The notes: generated by a model from the sequence alone, not told the origin. DNA of 64,000 nt from Muribaculaceae bacterium (GCA_017621055.1 JAGATX010000027.1:27551-91550); one strand, 5' to 3'. Shown: positions 50,440-60,937, counted from the first letter of the stretch. A program made the numbers and translations.

Positions 50440-50841
50440 TCACGCCCTGACAATGCGGCCCACGGCGGCCTGCGGAGTCATCGACTCGCGCAGCGCCTCC
50501 ACACCCGCAACGAAAGCGGCGTCGCCTATGCCCGCCACGGCAAGGATGCCGGCGGTGAGCAGTGCCTCGAGCTCGGCTTTGAGCACTCCCGGATGCGGAG
50601 GCTCGAAGCCGAGCTCCACGGTTATTATATCGTCGTCGGCCTCGATGTCGGCAACGTTCGATGCCGTCACTGCCGGGCCAAGTGCCATGAAGATGCGTGC
50701 CAATACATCGCGAGCAACGCGGCGCAGCATATCATGATGACGGTGGTTGAGAAGGTCGGGCACGTCGGCGCCACGGGCGCGCCGCAGGGCGCTGGCTGCA
50801 TAGATGCCGTCCAGCACGGCATTGATCGATATTCCTATCAT
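50440..50841 (-). CDS. Hypothetical protein, 133 aa (possibly phage-derived)
   Basis: Intact ORF with host-like codon usage, second gene of a two-gene unit. Confidence 0.65.
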   Translation of the reverse strand: MIGISINAVLDGIYAASALRRARGADVPDLLNHRHHDMLRRVARDVLARIFMALGPAVTASNVADIEADDDIITVELGFEPPHPGVLKAELEALLTAGILAVAGIGDAAFVAGVEALRESMTPQAAVGRIVRA

Positions 50842-50843
50842 GG

Positions 50844-50892
50844 AAATTGGAAATTTAAAATTTAAAATTATGCATTATGAATTCTGAATTAA
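50844..50892. repeat. Heptamer tandem repeat, 7 units
   Basis: AAATTGG AAATTTA AAATTTA AAATTAT GCATTAT GAATTCT GAATTAA. Confidence 0.75.
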
Positions 50893-50893
50893 A

Positions 50894-51316
50894 CTACGCG
50901 AACCTGCCGTTCGACGCCACGGTTTTGTTCACCTTGATGAAGTCCCGGAGGATAGTGGCGGCATGGTCGGCGCTGATATACCATCGCGAAGGACGACGGT
51001 AGCTGAGCACAAATGTCAGCGCCTTGCAGAAACGCAGGCCGCGCATGGCCATAACGGCACGCACCTCGTCGGCAAGTTCGAGCCACATGCCCGTGCGCAG
51101 CGTCCGTCCTATCGAGCCGGCGGGGGCATCCATTATTTTATGAAGCACGCGCGAGGCATATTCGTAGCTCACGAAGTAGGCCGGCGGCCGGCACGCCAGC
51201 GTGCGCTCTATGAGCTGTGCTCGCGTCAGCCGCTCGCTGTTGGCCAGCGCCGACGACAGAATTTGCATTGCCTGCCCCACAAAGGCACGGCGGAAATAGT
51301 CGCTGTTAGTATTCAT
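50894..51316 (-). CDS. Hypothetical protein, 140 aa, with an internally duplicated P..(F/W)(Y/V)xS motif (possibly phage-derived)
   Basis: RPPAYFVSYEYASRVL and RRPSRWYISADHAATIL. Confidence 0.7.
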   Translation of the reverse strand: MNTNSDYFRRAFVGQAMQILSSALANSERLTRAQLIERTLACRPPAYFVSYEYASRVLHKIMDAPAGSIGRTLRTGMWLELADEVRAVMAMRGLRFCKALTFVLSYRRPSRWYISADHAATILRDFIKVNKTVASNGRFA

Positions 51317-51326
51317 TTTGTATAAA

Positions 51327-51396
51327 TTGTATTTTTACAATGCAAATATACAACTTAGATTTGTATTTGTCAAGCCCTGTCGTTGCATTTTTACAA
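51327..51396 (-). promoter_or_regulatory. Promoter (TATATTTG at 51343-51350, minus) flanked by two 14-bp palindromes
   Basis: TTGTATTTTTACAA (51327-51340) and TTGCATTTTTACAA (51383-51396). Confidence 0.65.
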
Positions 51397-51524
51397 TTAA
51401 TTTTCAAACCATTCGTCTCTATGCTTGATTTTCAGCTTGTTGCAGGAACCCTTATGCGATGAATTCCCAATTATTTGCCCCGACATGCAGGAAATTCAAA
51501 ATTAACTCGTAACTTTGCGATTGT

Positions 51525-52400
51525 ATGTACAAGACGATACGCACACTGAGAATAGGGCTGGCGCTGATATGCATGGGCGTGCCTACTGTGGCGCTGATAG
51601 TGGGCTACAGCGCCATATTCAGCCGCATGCAGAGCCTGGTATCGCTCATTGCCGGCTCTACAGCCTGTCTGGTGTTCTGGCTGGCCGTATCGCTGGTGTA
51701 CGGCCGGCTGTATTGCTCGACGGTGTGCCCCTTGGGCACGGCTATGGACGGCGTGTCGCTGCTGGGCCGGCTTGTCGAACGCCGCAGCCGCGACTACCGT
51801 TACCGGCAGCCATCCACAAAAGTGCGGATAACCTTTTTCACGATAGCCATCGTGCTGATACTCTGCGGTGGCGCCGTTCTCCCCACGTTGCTCGACCCCT
51901 TTACTGCCTATGCCCGTACGGTAGAGGCCCTGATAGCGCGCCCGGTGCACCTTTTAGGCATAGGCGCGGACATCGAGGCCGTGTGTTTCAGTCTCACATC
52001 CACCGCCCTGGGCGCCGCATATGCTCTTTTTGTCGTGGTCTTCGCCTGGCGCCACGGGCGCCGGCTGTGCAACACAGCATGCCCTGCAGGCTCGCTGCTG
52101 GGCCTTGCCTCGCGCCGCGCAATCTTCCACTTCGATATCAACACAGACAAGTGCATCAACTGCGGCGAGTGCGAGCGCGTGTGCAAGAGCGGGTGCATAG
52201 ACCTGTGCAGCCACACCATCGACACCACACGCTGCGTGGTGTGTTTCGACTGCACGGCCATATGCCCCAACGACGCCATCACCTACCGCAGCGGCCGCCA
52301 TCGCCTGAGCATGCCCATGCTGCAGACCACCGCCGGCTCACGCAACGCCGAAGCCGACTGCTCGGCCGACTTACAAAAGAAAATCACAGAAAAAGAATGA
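51525..52400 (+). CDS. Membrane 4Fe-4S binding protein (NapH/polyferredoxin-like)
   Basis: [43 protein letters not shown]. Confidence 0.88.
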   Translation: MYKTIRTLRIGLALICMGVPTVALIVGYSAIFSRMQSLVSLIAGSTACLVFWLAVSLVYGRLYCSTVCPLGTAMDGVSLLGRLVERRSRDYRYRQPSTKVRITFFTIAIVLILCGGAVLPTLLDPFTAYARTVEALIARPVHLLGIGADIEAVCFSLTSTALGAAYALFVVVFAWRHGRRLCNTACPAGSLLGLASRRAIFHFDINTDKCINCGECERVCKSGCIDLCSHTIDTTRCVVCFDCTAICPNDAITYRSGRHRLSMPMLQTTAGSRNAEADCSADLQKKITEKE

Positions 52401-53194
52401 AACAATACCTCGACCTTCTCGCCCACATCCTCGCCGACGGACACCGCAAGAGCGACCGCACAGGCACGGGCACGCTGTCGACCTTCGGATACCAGATGCG
52501 CTTCGACCTCTCCGACGGTTTTCCGTTGCTGACCACCAAGAAACTGCACCTGAAATCCATTATCCACGAACTGCTGTGGTTTCTGCGCGGCGACACCAAC
52601 GCGCACAGCCTCCAGGACGTGGGTGTCAGGATATGGAACGAATGGGCCGACCCTGTCACCGGCGAACTCGGACCCATCTACGGCGCTCAGTGGCGGTCGT
52701 GGCCCGACGGCAACGGCGGCGTCATCGACCAGATAGCGCAGGCGCAGGATACCATCCGACATGACCCCGACTCGCGGCGTATTATAGTGAGCGCATGGAA
52801 TGTGGCCCAGTTGCCGCAGATGGCGCTGTCGCCCTGCCATGCCCTTTTCCAGTTCTATGTGGCCGACGGCAAGCTCAGCCTGCAGCTCTACCAGCGCAGT
52901 GCCGACTGCTTCCTCGGTGTGCCGTTCAATATAGCGTCGTATGCCCTGCTCACCATGATGATGGCGCAGGCAACCGGCTTGAAGCCCGGCGAATTCATCC
53001 ACACCCTCGGCGACGCGCATCTCTACCTCAACCATCTGGAACAGGCGCGCCTGCAGCTGCAGCGCCAGCCGCGCCCCCTTCCGGTGATGACCCTCAACCC
53101 CGAGGTGCACGATATCTTCGACTTCCGCTACGAGGATTTCAGGCTCAGCGGTTATGACCCTCACCCACACATAGCGGCCACGGTGGCTGTATGA
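52397..53194 (+). CDS. thyA: Thymidylate synthase
   Basis: [22 protein letters not shown] (catalytic Cys), [18 protein letters not shown]. Start at MKQYL. Confidence 0.97.
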   Translation: MKQYLDLLAHILADGHRKSDRTGTGTLSTFGYQMRFDLSDGFPLLTTKKLHLKSIIHELLWFLRGDTNAHSLQDVGVRIWNEWADPVTGELGPIYGAQWRSWPDGNGGVIDQIAQAQDTIRHDPDSRRIIVSAWNVAQLPQMALSPCHALFQFYVADGKLSLQLYQRSADCFLGVPFNIASYALLTMMMAQATGLKPGEFIHTLGDAHLYLNHLEQARLQLQRQPRPLPVMTLNPEVHDIFDFRYEDFRLSGYDPHPHIAATVAV

Positions 53195-53691
53195 TACGCA
53201 TAATCGCCGCCCTCGACCGCCGCGGCGCCATAGGTGCCGGCGGCGACCTCCTCTACCGGCTGCGCGAGGACATGCGTCACTTCCGGCGCCTCACCACCGG
53301 CAACACCGTGGTCATGGGCCGACGCACATTCGAAAGCCTGCCCGGCGGAGCGCTTCCGGCACGCCGTAACATCATAGTCAGCGGCAGCGGCTACCACGCC
53401 GACGGTGCCGAGACTGCCGCGAGTCTCGACGAGGCTCTGCGTCTTGCCGCCGACGGTCCCGGCGACACCTTCATTATCGGGGGTGGCAGCATATACGCCG
53501 CCGCCCTGCCCCTGGCCGACCGCCTTGATCTTACGGTTATCGATGCCGTGCACCCGGCGCCTGACACGTTCTTCCCGTCGTTCAATCCCGACGATTTCAC
53601 GTGCGCCTATCTCACCGCCGGCGACGGCCTCTATTTCGCGGGACTCGACCGGAAAAAGACGGCGAAGGCCACGGCCACAACCGCGCAATAA
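53191..53691 (+). CDS. folA: Dihydrofolate reductase
   Basis: [40 protein letters not shown]. Confidence 0.93.
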   Translation: MIRIIAALDRRGAIGAGGDLLYRLREDMRHFRRLTTGNTVVMGRRTFESLPGGALPARRNIIVSGSGYHADGAETAASLDEALRLAADGPGDTFIIGGGSIYAAALPLADRLDLTVIDAVHPAPDTFFPSFNPDDFTCAYLTAGDGLYFAGLDRKKTAKATATTAQ

Positions 53692-54935
53692 GCGGCGAAA
53701 ATGAGCCATACCGGCAGCCAGTCGCCCATGAGATAGCGACCTCCGGGCGTCACCGTCCAACGGCAGAAGCAGTTCACCACAGCACCGGCGGCGAACATAC
53801 CGGCCGATGCCCCAACACCACGACCCATCATCACCAACAGACACTGAGCAGTAGCCTTGGAGCCCTCCGATACCTCGCGCTCAACAAAGAGCGAGGCGGC
53901 AACGGTATTGAAATCGAAGGCCACGCCGTAGACTATCATGCCGCCTGCGAGCACCCACAGCCCGCTGCCGGGATCGCCGAGAGCGAAACACAGGAAATTG
54001 AGGCTCCACGCCACCATTGCCATGAGCATGGTGACTTTCACGCCGGCGCGCGCCATGACGGCACCCACGCACAGCATCCACAACACCTCCGAAATCTGCG
54101 ACAGCGACATCAGCAGCGTGGCATTATCGGCTCCGAAAGTGCCGACAAAGCCCTCCAAGGCACGGTAATGGGTGATATATGGCGTGGCGTAGCCGTTGTT
54201 TATCTGCTGGGCAACGCCTATGAGCATGGCAAAGAGAAAAAACATGCCCAGATTGCCCTTGCGGAGGATTTTCAGCATCGTGCGCAGGCTTATCGGCGAG
54301 TCGTAGGTGGCGGCGGGACGTTGGTGCGGCATTAGCAGCGCATAAGCTGCCGTGACAAAGCCTAAAAGGGCGGCGGCGCCCAGTTGCCAGCATGTGTACT
54401 GCATTCTGTCCATTGCATGGGTGCTGTCGCCGCCGAAACAGATACCGATACCTTCGCCGGGCACGATCCACACGGTGTTTACCATCCACATCATGGCCAC
54501 AAAACCTACCGTTCCCCACAGCCGCGTGCGCGGAAAGAGTTTCGTGGTATCGGCACCGCTGCGGCGGAGTGCAGCCAGCGCCGTGGCGTTGCACAGCGGC
54601 AGTGTGGGAGTATAGAATGCCGTCGCCGCACCGAAAAGAGCGAGGGTAGCGGCGCCGTCGGGGCGCGGATGGCCAAGAGCATATGCGAACAGCCCGGCCA
54701 TGGCCGTGGCCGACAGCGCATGGCATACGGCCAGCAGCCGCACGGGTCCGGTGTGCCGGTCGGCGATGTATCCGGCCAGCAGCGGCATGACCAAGGCGGC
54801 GAAGCCGGCCATGGCGTAGAACCACGGTATCATGTCTCCGAGGCCCGCGCCCCCCAGAAACTGGCCCATCGACACCAGGTAGCAGCCCCAGATGCCGAAC
54901 TGAAGGAAATAAAGCGATGACAGGCGGCGCGTCAC
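53631..54935 (-). CDS. MFS nucleoside permease (NupG/XapB-like)
   Basis: GTG start, FLQFGIWGCY, RLWGTVGF, MSLSQISEV, about 12 TMs. The 3' end overlaps the convergent folA. Confidence 0.82.
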   Translation of the reverse strand: MTRRLSSLYFLQFGIWGCYLVSMGQFLGGAGLGDMIPWFYAMAGFAALVMPLLAGYIADRHTGPVRLLAVCHALSATAMAGLFAYALGHPRPDGAATLALFGAATAFYTPTLPLCNATALAALRRSGADTTKLFPRTRLWGTVGFVAMMWMVNTVWIVPGEGIGICFGGDSTHAMDRMQYTCWQLGAAALLGFVTAAYALLMPHQRPAATYDSPISLRTMLKILRKGNLGMFFLFAMLIGVAQQINNGYATPYITHYRALEGFVGTFGADNATLLMSLSQISEVLWMLCVGAVMARAGVKVTMLMAMVAWSLNFLCFALGDPGSGLWVLAGGMIVYGVAFDFNTVAASLFVEREVSEGSKATAQCLLVMMGRGVGASAGMFAAGAVVNCFCRWTVTPGGRYLMGDWLPVWLIFAAYCAVVAVAFAVFFRSSPAK

Positions 54936-54946
54936 CTCAGACAGAC

Positions 54947-57900
54947 TTAGCGGGGAGCGCCCTCGGCGGCAGGAGCGGGACTGGTCCCGGCAGCGGGTGC
55001 GGCCTCGGCGTCGAGCCGTTCGAGCAGACGTGCCACGGCGGCGCGTATCTGTTCGTCGTTGCCGGCAACGGTTTCTGCCGGGGTGTTATAGACAGTCACT
55101 TCGGGGATGAGCTGGCGGTTCTCCAGGGGATGTCCGTCGAGACCGAGGGTAGTCACCTGCGGTATGCCGAACACCAGCATGGGGTCAATCTGGTCCTCCC
55201 ACCATACCGCCGTCATTGTGCCGGGCACGGGAGCGCCTATGAGTTCGCCGATACCGAGGGTCTGGTAGGTGTAAGGCGTGCCGTATGCGTCGGAATAGTT
55301 GGCCTCGTTGACGAGCATGACCGAGGGCTTTGTCCACTGCGAGTAAGGCTCGGTACCCACATACTGGCCGCGGGGCGCGAAAGTGGCATAGGCCTTGCCG
55401 CCTAAGAGTATGGCAACGTCGTTATGCAGCCAGCCGCCGCCGTTGAAGCGGGTGTCGACAATGGCTGCCTCGCGGTTGCGGTATCGGCCCAGAAGCTCAT
55501 CATATGCGGTGCGGAAACTCGGCGAGTCCATGCCCTCGATGTGGATGTATGCAAGCCGACCGTCCGAAAGGCTGTCGACAAGAGCCTGGTTATGCTCCAC
55601 CCAGCGGCGGTAGAGGTCCGTGGAAATATCGTCGGACGGTTTCACAGTTATGTCCTCGACATTGCCGGCGGCACGGCGCACGGTAAGGCGTGTGCGGCGC
55701 CCGGCCTTGTCGTCGAGAAGCGGGAAATAGTCGGCGCCTGCGCCGATGGTGTCACCGTCGATAGCAAGAATGACGTCACCTGCGGCGATGGCGGCGCTGC
55801 GGGTGCCCAGAGGCCCGCGAGGCAGCACTTCCACAACCTTGAGACCCTCGCCTTCATAATCGGGGTCGAACCAGGCGCCGAGAGTGGCGGTTTCCATTGG
55901 TGCGCCGTAGGAATATGCGCTGGCGCCGGTGTGCGAGGCGTTCAGCTCTCCCAGAAGCTCGCTGAGCAGCACGGCGAAATCGGCGCGGTTGTTGATATAA
56001 GGCAGGAAACGGCGGTATGCCTCGACATACCCGTCCCAATCCACGCCGTGGAGGGTGGGATCGTAGAATTTATCCTTGATTTCGCGTGCGGCGTGGTTGT
56101 AGATGTATTCACGTTCGAGCGAGGGATGGCGGTCGTAGGGAGCGTCGAATTCCACCGCCGTTGCGCTGCCGTCGTCGAGCGAAACCTTGCTGATTCCGGA
56201 AGCGGTGAGGAAGAAGAGGTTTTCGCCGAGAGAGTCGGCCACGAAGCCGCCGCGAAGGCCTTCGGCAAGCACTTCTGTCTCGTCCTCGCGGATATCGCGT
56301 TTGTAGAGCTTGTAACCGCCCTCGGGGGCGGCGGCAAGGTAATAAAGGGCATCGCCGTCGGCACTGAGGTAGTAGTCGCCCATGTGCGCGGAGTTCTCTG
56401 TGAGACGGGCGGTACGGTAACGGCGGTTGGCGAGGTCGAAGGCGGGAGCCTCCGGCTCGGCAGTGCCTTTCTTTTTCTTCTTGGGCGCAGGCTCTTCCTC
56501 GGCCTCGTCATCGTCTTCCTCGTCTTCTTCGGCGAGGGCTGCCTCTTCGGCACTACGGTTGAAGCGGTCCCAGGCATCGCCGTCGAGAGCCATGAGCACT
56601 ATATCATCCTCGTTGCCCCAGCTGCCGTGGCTGCGGTAGCCGTATTTGCCTGTGGCATAGGTAATGGCCTTGCCACCGAGCGCCCAGGCCGGCTGACTGT
56701 CGGAGTAGCCGCTTTCGGTGAGATCCACCACCTCGGAGCCGTCGGCGGCAACGAGGGCTATGTCGGTATTGTTCCAGCCGCCGACGCCGATATAGTCGAT
56801 CAGCAGCCATTTGCTGTCGGGACTCCAGCAGAAGGTGATGTCGCCGTCGGCATAGGAGTAGTTGAACCGTCCGTCCAGAGCTGTTGTCACCTGCCGGCTG
56901 TCGAGATCAATCACCCGGAGGGTGGTGCGGTCCTCGAGGAAGGCCACTTTCTTGCCGTCGGGGCTGAATTCGGGCTGTTGGGCGGGTTTGTCGGAGCTGT
57001 AAAGCAGCTCTTCGTCGATACGCGTGGCATAGGCGAAGCCGCGGTCACCCTCGGGGATGCGGGCAATGTATAGTTTCCATATGCTGTCGCGTTCGGCATC
57101 GTAAACCAGGGCACGACCGCCGGGGGCGAAGTCCATTGAGCGTTCCTGTCCGGGGGTGTTGGTGATACGGCGTGTGGTTTCGTATTTTGTGGAGGTCACA
57201 TATATGTCGCCGCGCAGGGTGAAGGCCACTTCCTTGCCGTCGTTGCTGACGGCCATGCCGTCGGCGCCGGACGACACATAGCGGCGCACATGGTCGGCGT
57301 CGTAGTTGTCGGTGGTGATGCTGACATCGAGCCTTTGGGGCTCGCTGCCGGGAACAAGGGTGTATATCTCGCCGTCATAGCTGAATGCCATGCGGCTGCC
57401 GTCGGGCGTGGCGGTGAGCGAGCGCACCGGGTGTGTGGTCAGTGACGTCAGGCGCGTGCGGCCGGGAGTGCCAACGCGTGCCGAGTAGACATTAAGCGAG
57501 CCTTCGTCCTCGGCGGTGAACACATATGAGCTGTCGCCGGTCCACACGGGGGTGCGCATGGCCGTGGAGCCGGTCTGCAGGGGCGTGAACATGCCGTCGG
57601 AGTACATATATATATCGGGGGTGCCGGCCGAGTGCTCGTGCTTGCGCCATATGTTCTCGTACGACTTCTTGTTTTCGAATATAATGCGTCCGTCCGGACT
57701 CACACTCAGAGCCGTTGCCGCCAGCGACAGCAGCAGGCGCGGTGCGCGCCCCGGACGGAGGCCGACGGTATAGAGTTGTGTGAAGAACGGTCCGTTGAGG
57801 TCTACCTGCGAGGGCATTATGTCGGCGGTGAAAATCACCGTGCTGTCGTTGAACCAGCCGCGCACGCGCTCGTTTCCGCTGTGTGTGGTGAGGCGCACGG

Positions 57901-58195
57901 GTGTGCCGCCAACGGCATCGACCACATATACGTCGGCAGAGCCGCGCCGGTTGCTCGTAAATGCAATTTTAGAGCCGTCGGGACTGAAATAGGGGTCGGA
58001 GTCGTACTCTTCGGAAGTTGTGAGGCGCGTGGCGGCTCCCCCGGCGAAGGGCACCGTGTAGATATCGCCTTTGAAGGTGAAAGCCACGGTGTTGCCGTCC
58101 GGACTGATGTTTGTGTTGCGGAGCCACAGAGGCGACGGTGCGCCCATGGCGGCGATAGCTGAGGCGGCAAAAACCGCCGCGAGAACCTTCTTCAT
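54947..58195 (-). CDS. Tricorn-like S41 family peptidase
   Basis: Signal peptide, WLRNTNISPDG, TolB-like propeller repeats, PDZ, DTRFNGGGWLH, NYSDA (catalytic Ser region). Confidence 0.92.
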   Translation of the reverse strand: MKKVLAAVFAASAIAAMGAPSPLWLRNTNISPDGNTVAFTFKGDIYTVPFAGGAATRLTTSEEYDSDPYFSPDGSKIAFTSNRRGSADVYVVDAVGGTPVRLTTHSGNERVRGWFNDSTVIFTADIMPSQVDLNGPFFTQLYTVGLRPGRAPRLLLSLAATALSVSPDGRIIFENKKSYENIWRKHEHSAGTPDIYMYSDGMFTPLQTGSTAMRTPVWTGDSSYVFTAEDEGSLNVYSARVGTPGRTRLTSLTTHPVRSLTATPDGSRMAFSYDGEIYTLVPGSEPQRLDVSITTDNYDADHVRRYVSSGADGMAVSNDGKEVAFTLRGDIYVTSTKYETTRRITNTPGQERSMDFAPGGRALVYDAERDSIWKLYIARIPEGDRGFAYATRIDEELLYSSDKPAQQPEFSPDGKKVAFLEDRTTLRVIDLDSRQVTTALDGRFNYSYADGDITFCWSPDSKWLLIDYIGVGGWNNTDIALVAADGSEVVDLTESGYSDSQPAWALGGKAITYATGKYGYRSHGSWGNEDDIVLMALDGDAWDRFNRSAEEAALAEEDEEDDDEAEEEPAPKKKKKGTAEPEAPAFDLANRRYRTARLTENSAHMGDYYLSADGDALYYLAAAPEGGYKLYKRDIREDETEVLAEGLRGGFVADSLGENLFFLTASGISKVSLDDGSATAVEFDAPYDRHPSLEREYIYNHAAREIKDKFYDPTLHGVDWDGYVEAYRRFLPYINNRADFAVLLSELLGELNASHTGASAYSYGAPMETATLGAWFDPDYEGEGLKVVEVLPRGPLGTRSAAIAAGDVILAIDGDTIGAGADYFPLLDDKAGRRTRLTVRRAAGNVEDITVKPSDDISTDLYRRWVEHNQALVDSLSDGRLAYIHIEGMDSPSFRTAYDELLGRYRNREAAIVDTRFNGGGWLHNDVAILLGGKAYATFAPRGQYVGTEPYSQWTKPSVMLVNEANYSDAYGTPYTYQTLGIGELIGAPVPGTMTAVWWEDQIDPMLVFGIPQVTTLGLDGHPLENRQLIPEVTVYNTPAETVAGNDEQIRAAVARLLERLDAEAAPAAGTSPAPAAEGAPR

Positions 58196-59433
58196 TGCTT
58201 TATTATATTATTACCGAGGAAGATGCGGTCTATCCACGGTGTTGTGTATGAATACGGTATGAATTCGGGCGCCGGTACCGGGCGCGACAGGATGAAATTG
58301 GCCGGTCGGCCGGGGGCGATGGCGCCGTAGCTGTCGGACAGCTCCATGGCGGCGGCGCCGTTTAGTGTGCACGCGCACAGGGCCTCCATGGGCAGCAGTT
58401 TCATTTTTATGCACCCGAGCGCCCATACCATGCGCATGTCGCCGGAGGGCGATGAGCCGGGGTTGTAGTCGCTGGCGAGCGCCACGGTGCATCCGCTGTC
58501 TACGGCGCGTCGTGCCGGAGCATAAGGCATGCCCAAAAAGAACGAGGCGCCCGGCAGCATGGTGGCAATGGTGTCCGAGAGTCCCAGCAGAGCTATCTCG
58601 GCGGTGTCGATACGCTCCAGATGGTCGGCCGACACGGCGTGGTGTGCCACGGCGGTCTGCACGCCGCCGCTGACAGCAAGCTCGTTGGCGTGTATTTTCG
58701 GTTTCATGCCATAGTGTGCGGCAGCTTCGAGGATGCGCGCTGTCTGCGCCGGCGTGAAGAAGCCTGCGTCGCAGAATACATCCACATAGTCGGCCACGCC
58801 CTCGGCGGCAATTGCCGGCAGCATGTCGGTCACGAGCATATCGACGTAGTCATCGGGACGTCCGGCGTATTCGCGGCCGACGGCATGGGCGCCCAGCCAG
58901 GTGGCGCGAACACGCACCGGCGTGGCCTCGGCAAGGCGCGCTATCACACGCAGCATCTTGAGTTCGGAGGGGGTATCCAGGCCGTAGCCGGTCTTTATCT
59001 CGATGGCGCCGGTGCCTTTGTCCATCACCTCGCGCAGGCGTGCAACCGACTGACTGAAAAGCTCATCCTCAGAGCATTGGCGAAGGCGGTCGGCACTGTT
59101 GAGAATACCTCCGCCGCGGGCGGCTATTTCCTCATAGCTCATGCCGCGTATCTTGTCGACAAACTCGCCATGACGGCTGCCTGCGTAGACAATGTGGGTG
59201 TGCGAGTCGGCGAAGGCCGGCACCGCCACCGCACCCTCGGCAACGATATGCTCCTCGCCGCTGCCCGGAGCGGGCATTGTGTCCATCGTTCCCAGACCGA
59301 CAATTCGTCCGTCGTCGATGCGCAGCCATGCGTTCTCTACGGTTCGGAAGCCGCTGAGCATATCGGCGCCGGCAAGACGCCGGACGTGCGGCTCGACAAC
59401 GCCGCAAACAGCTCTGAGTCTGCTTATTATCAT
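58192..59433 (-). CDS. hutI: Imidazolonepropionase
   Basis: DSHTHIV, EIKTGYGL, DVFCD, KIHANE, DHLE, ASDYNPGSSP. Confidence 0.95.
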   Translation of the reverse strand: MIISRLRAVCGVVEPHVRRLAGADMLSGFRTVENAWLRIDDGRIVGLGTMDTMPAPGSGEEHIVAEGAVAVPAFADSHTHIVYAGSRHGEFVDKIRGMSYEEIAARGGGILNSADRLRQCSEDELFSQSVARLREVMDKGTGAIEIKTGYGLDTPSELKMLRVIARLAEATPVRVRATWLGAHAVGREYAGRPDDYVDMLVTDMLPAIAAEGVADYVDVFCDAGFFTPAQTARILEAAAHYGMKPKIHANELAVSGGVQTAVAHHAVSADHLERIDTAEIALLGLSDTIATMLPGASFFLGMPYAPARRAVDSGCTVALASDYNPGSSPSGDMRMVWALGCIKMKLLPMEALCACTLNGAAAMELSDSYGAIAPGRPANFILSRPVPAPEFIPYSYTTPWIDRIFLGNNIIKQ

Positions 59434-60932
59434 TTTAAAGAGAAATCGTGGGTCATTACAAAGTTCTCAGCGGCAGCTATGAGCGGCGACATCACGGTGT
59501 CTTCGGAGACGAACGGCACTACTTCGCGGAAACTGTCGAACAGCCCCTCCACAACGGCCGACGAACGCAGCGGGCGCCGGAACTCAAGGGCCTGAGCGGC
59601 GTTGATAAGTTCTATGGCGAGCACACGCCGGGTGTTGGCGCACACTTCCAGCAGTTTCACCGCCGAGTTGGCGCCCATGCTCACATGGTCCTCCTGACCC
59701 TGCGACGACGGTATGGAATCGCAACTGCACGGCCAGCACAGCCCTTTGCTGCGGTTCACCGCCGATGCCGCGGCATACTGGAGAATCATAAAACCGGAAT
59801 TGAGACCCGGTTTGGCCACAAGGAACGACGGCAGCGACCGCACGCCGGCAATGAGTTTGTAGATACGGCGTTCCGATATGTTGGAGAGCTCTGTGAGAGC
59901 AACGGCGAGGAAATCCATGGGCATGGCAATAGGCTCGCCGTGGAAATTGCCGGCCGAAACTATCAGATCCTCCTCCGGGAAGATGGTGGGATTATCGGTG
60001 GGCGAGTTTATCTCGTTCTCCACGGCGTGCTTCACGTTGAGGATGGTGTCCAGCGCGGCGCCATGCACCTGAGGTATGCAGCGGAAGGAATATGGGTCCT
60101 GCACATGGGCTTTGGGGCTCGCCGCCAGCTCGCTGCCGGCGAGCATGGTGCGTATGGCACGCGCGGCCTCTATCTGTCCGTGATGACGGCGCACGGCGTT
60201 GACAGACTCGCCGAAGGGTTCTATGCGCCCGTCGAAGGCATCGACGCTCATGGCGCCTATCATCTCGGCGGCATTCCACAGCCGCAGTGCCTCTATAAGG
60301 GCCGTCACGGCGTGGGCGCTCATGAACTGAGTGCCGTTGAGGAGCGCCAGGCCCTCCTTGCTCATGAGTTTCACGGGTTCGAGACCCGTTTCGGCCAGGA
60401 CGTCGGCTGCCGGGCGGCGTTCTCCCTTATAATATACCTCGCCGAGACCCAGCAGCGGTAGACTCATGTTTGCCAGGGGGGCAAGGTCGCCGCTGGCGCC
60501 GAGCGACCCCTGACTGTATACCACCGGTATGATATCGAGGTTATAGAAATCAAGCAGACGCTGCACGGTGAGGCGCTGCACACCCGAATTGCCGTAACTG
60601 AGGCTCTGAGCCTTGAGGAAGAGCATGAGTTTGACGATTTTGGGGTCGACGGGCGCGCCCATGCCGCAGGAATGCGACATCACCAGGTTGCGCTGCAGCT
60701 CGCCGAGGTCGTCGGAGTTGATGGTTATGTTGCACAGCGAGCCGAAGCCGGTGGTTATGCCGTAGAGAGGTGCCGTGCAGGTCTTTATCTTCTCGTCGAG
60801 GTAGCTGCGGCACCTGTCGATGAGCGAGCATGCGCGCTCGGAGAGTTCCAGACGCGCTCCCGTGGAGATTATGCGGTCCACATCCTCGATGGTGAGGTAA
60901 TCGGGGCTGATATAATGGATGTTTTCGGTCAT
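59430..60932 (-). CDS. hutH: Histidine ammonia-lyase
   Basis: YGITTGFG, GASGDLAPL (MIO), KEGLALLNGTQ, QDPYSFRC, QEDHVSMG. Confidence 0.97.
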   Translation of the reverse strand: MTENIHYISPDYLTIEDVDRIISTGARLELSERACSLIDRCRSYLDEKIKTCTAPLYGITTGFGSLCNITINSDDLGELQRNLVMSHSCGMGAPVDPKIVKLMLFLKAQSLSYGNSGVQRLTVQRLLDFYNLDIIPVVYSQGSLGASGDLAPLANMSLPLLGLGEVYYKGERRPAADVLAETGLEPVKLMSKEGLALLNGTQFMSAHAVTALIEALRLWNAAEMIGAMSVDAFDGRIEPFGESVNAVRRHHGQIEAARAIRTMLAGSELAASPKAHVQDPYSFRCIPQVHGAALDTILNVKHAVENEINSPTDNPTIFPEEDLIVSAGNFHGEPIAMPMDFLAVALTELSNISERRIYKLIAGVRSLPSFLVAKPGLNSGFMILQYAAASAVNRSKGLCWPCSCDSIPSSQGQEDHVSMGANSAVKLLEVCANTRRVLAIELINAAQALEFRRPLRSSAVVEGLFDSFREVVPFVSEDTVMSPLIAAAENFVMTHDFSLK

Positions 60933-60937
60933 GAAGT

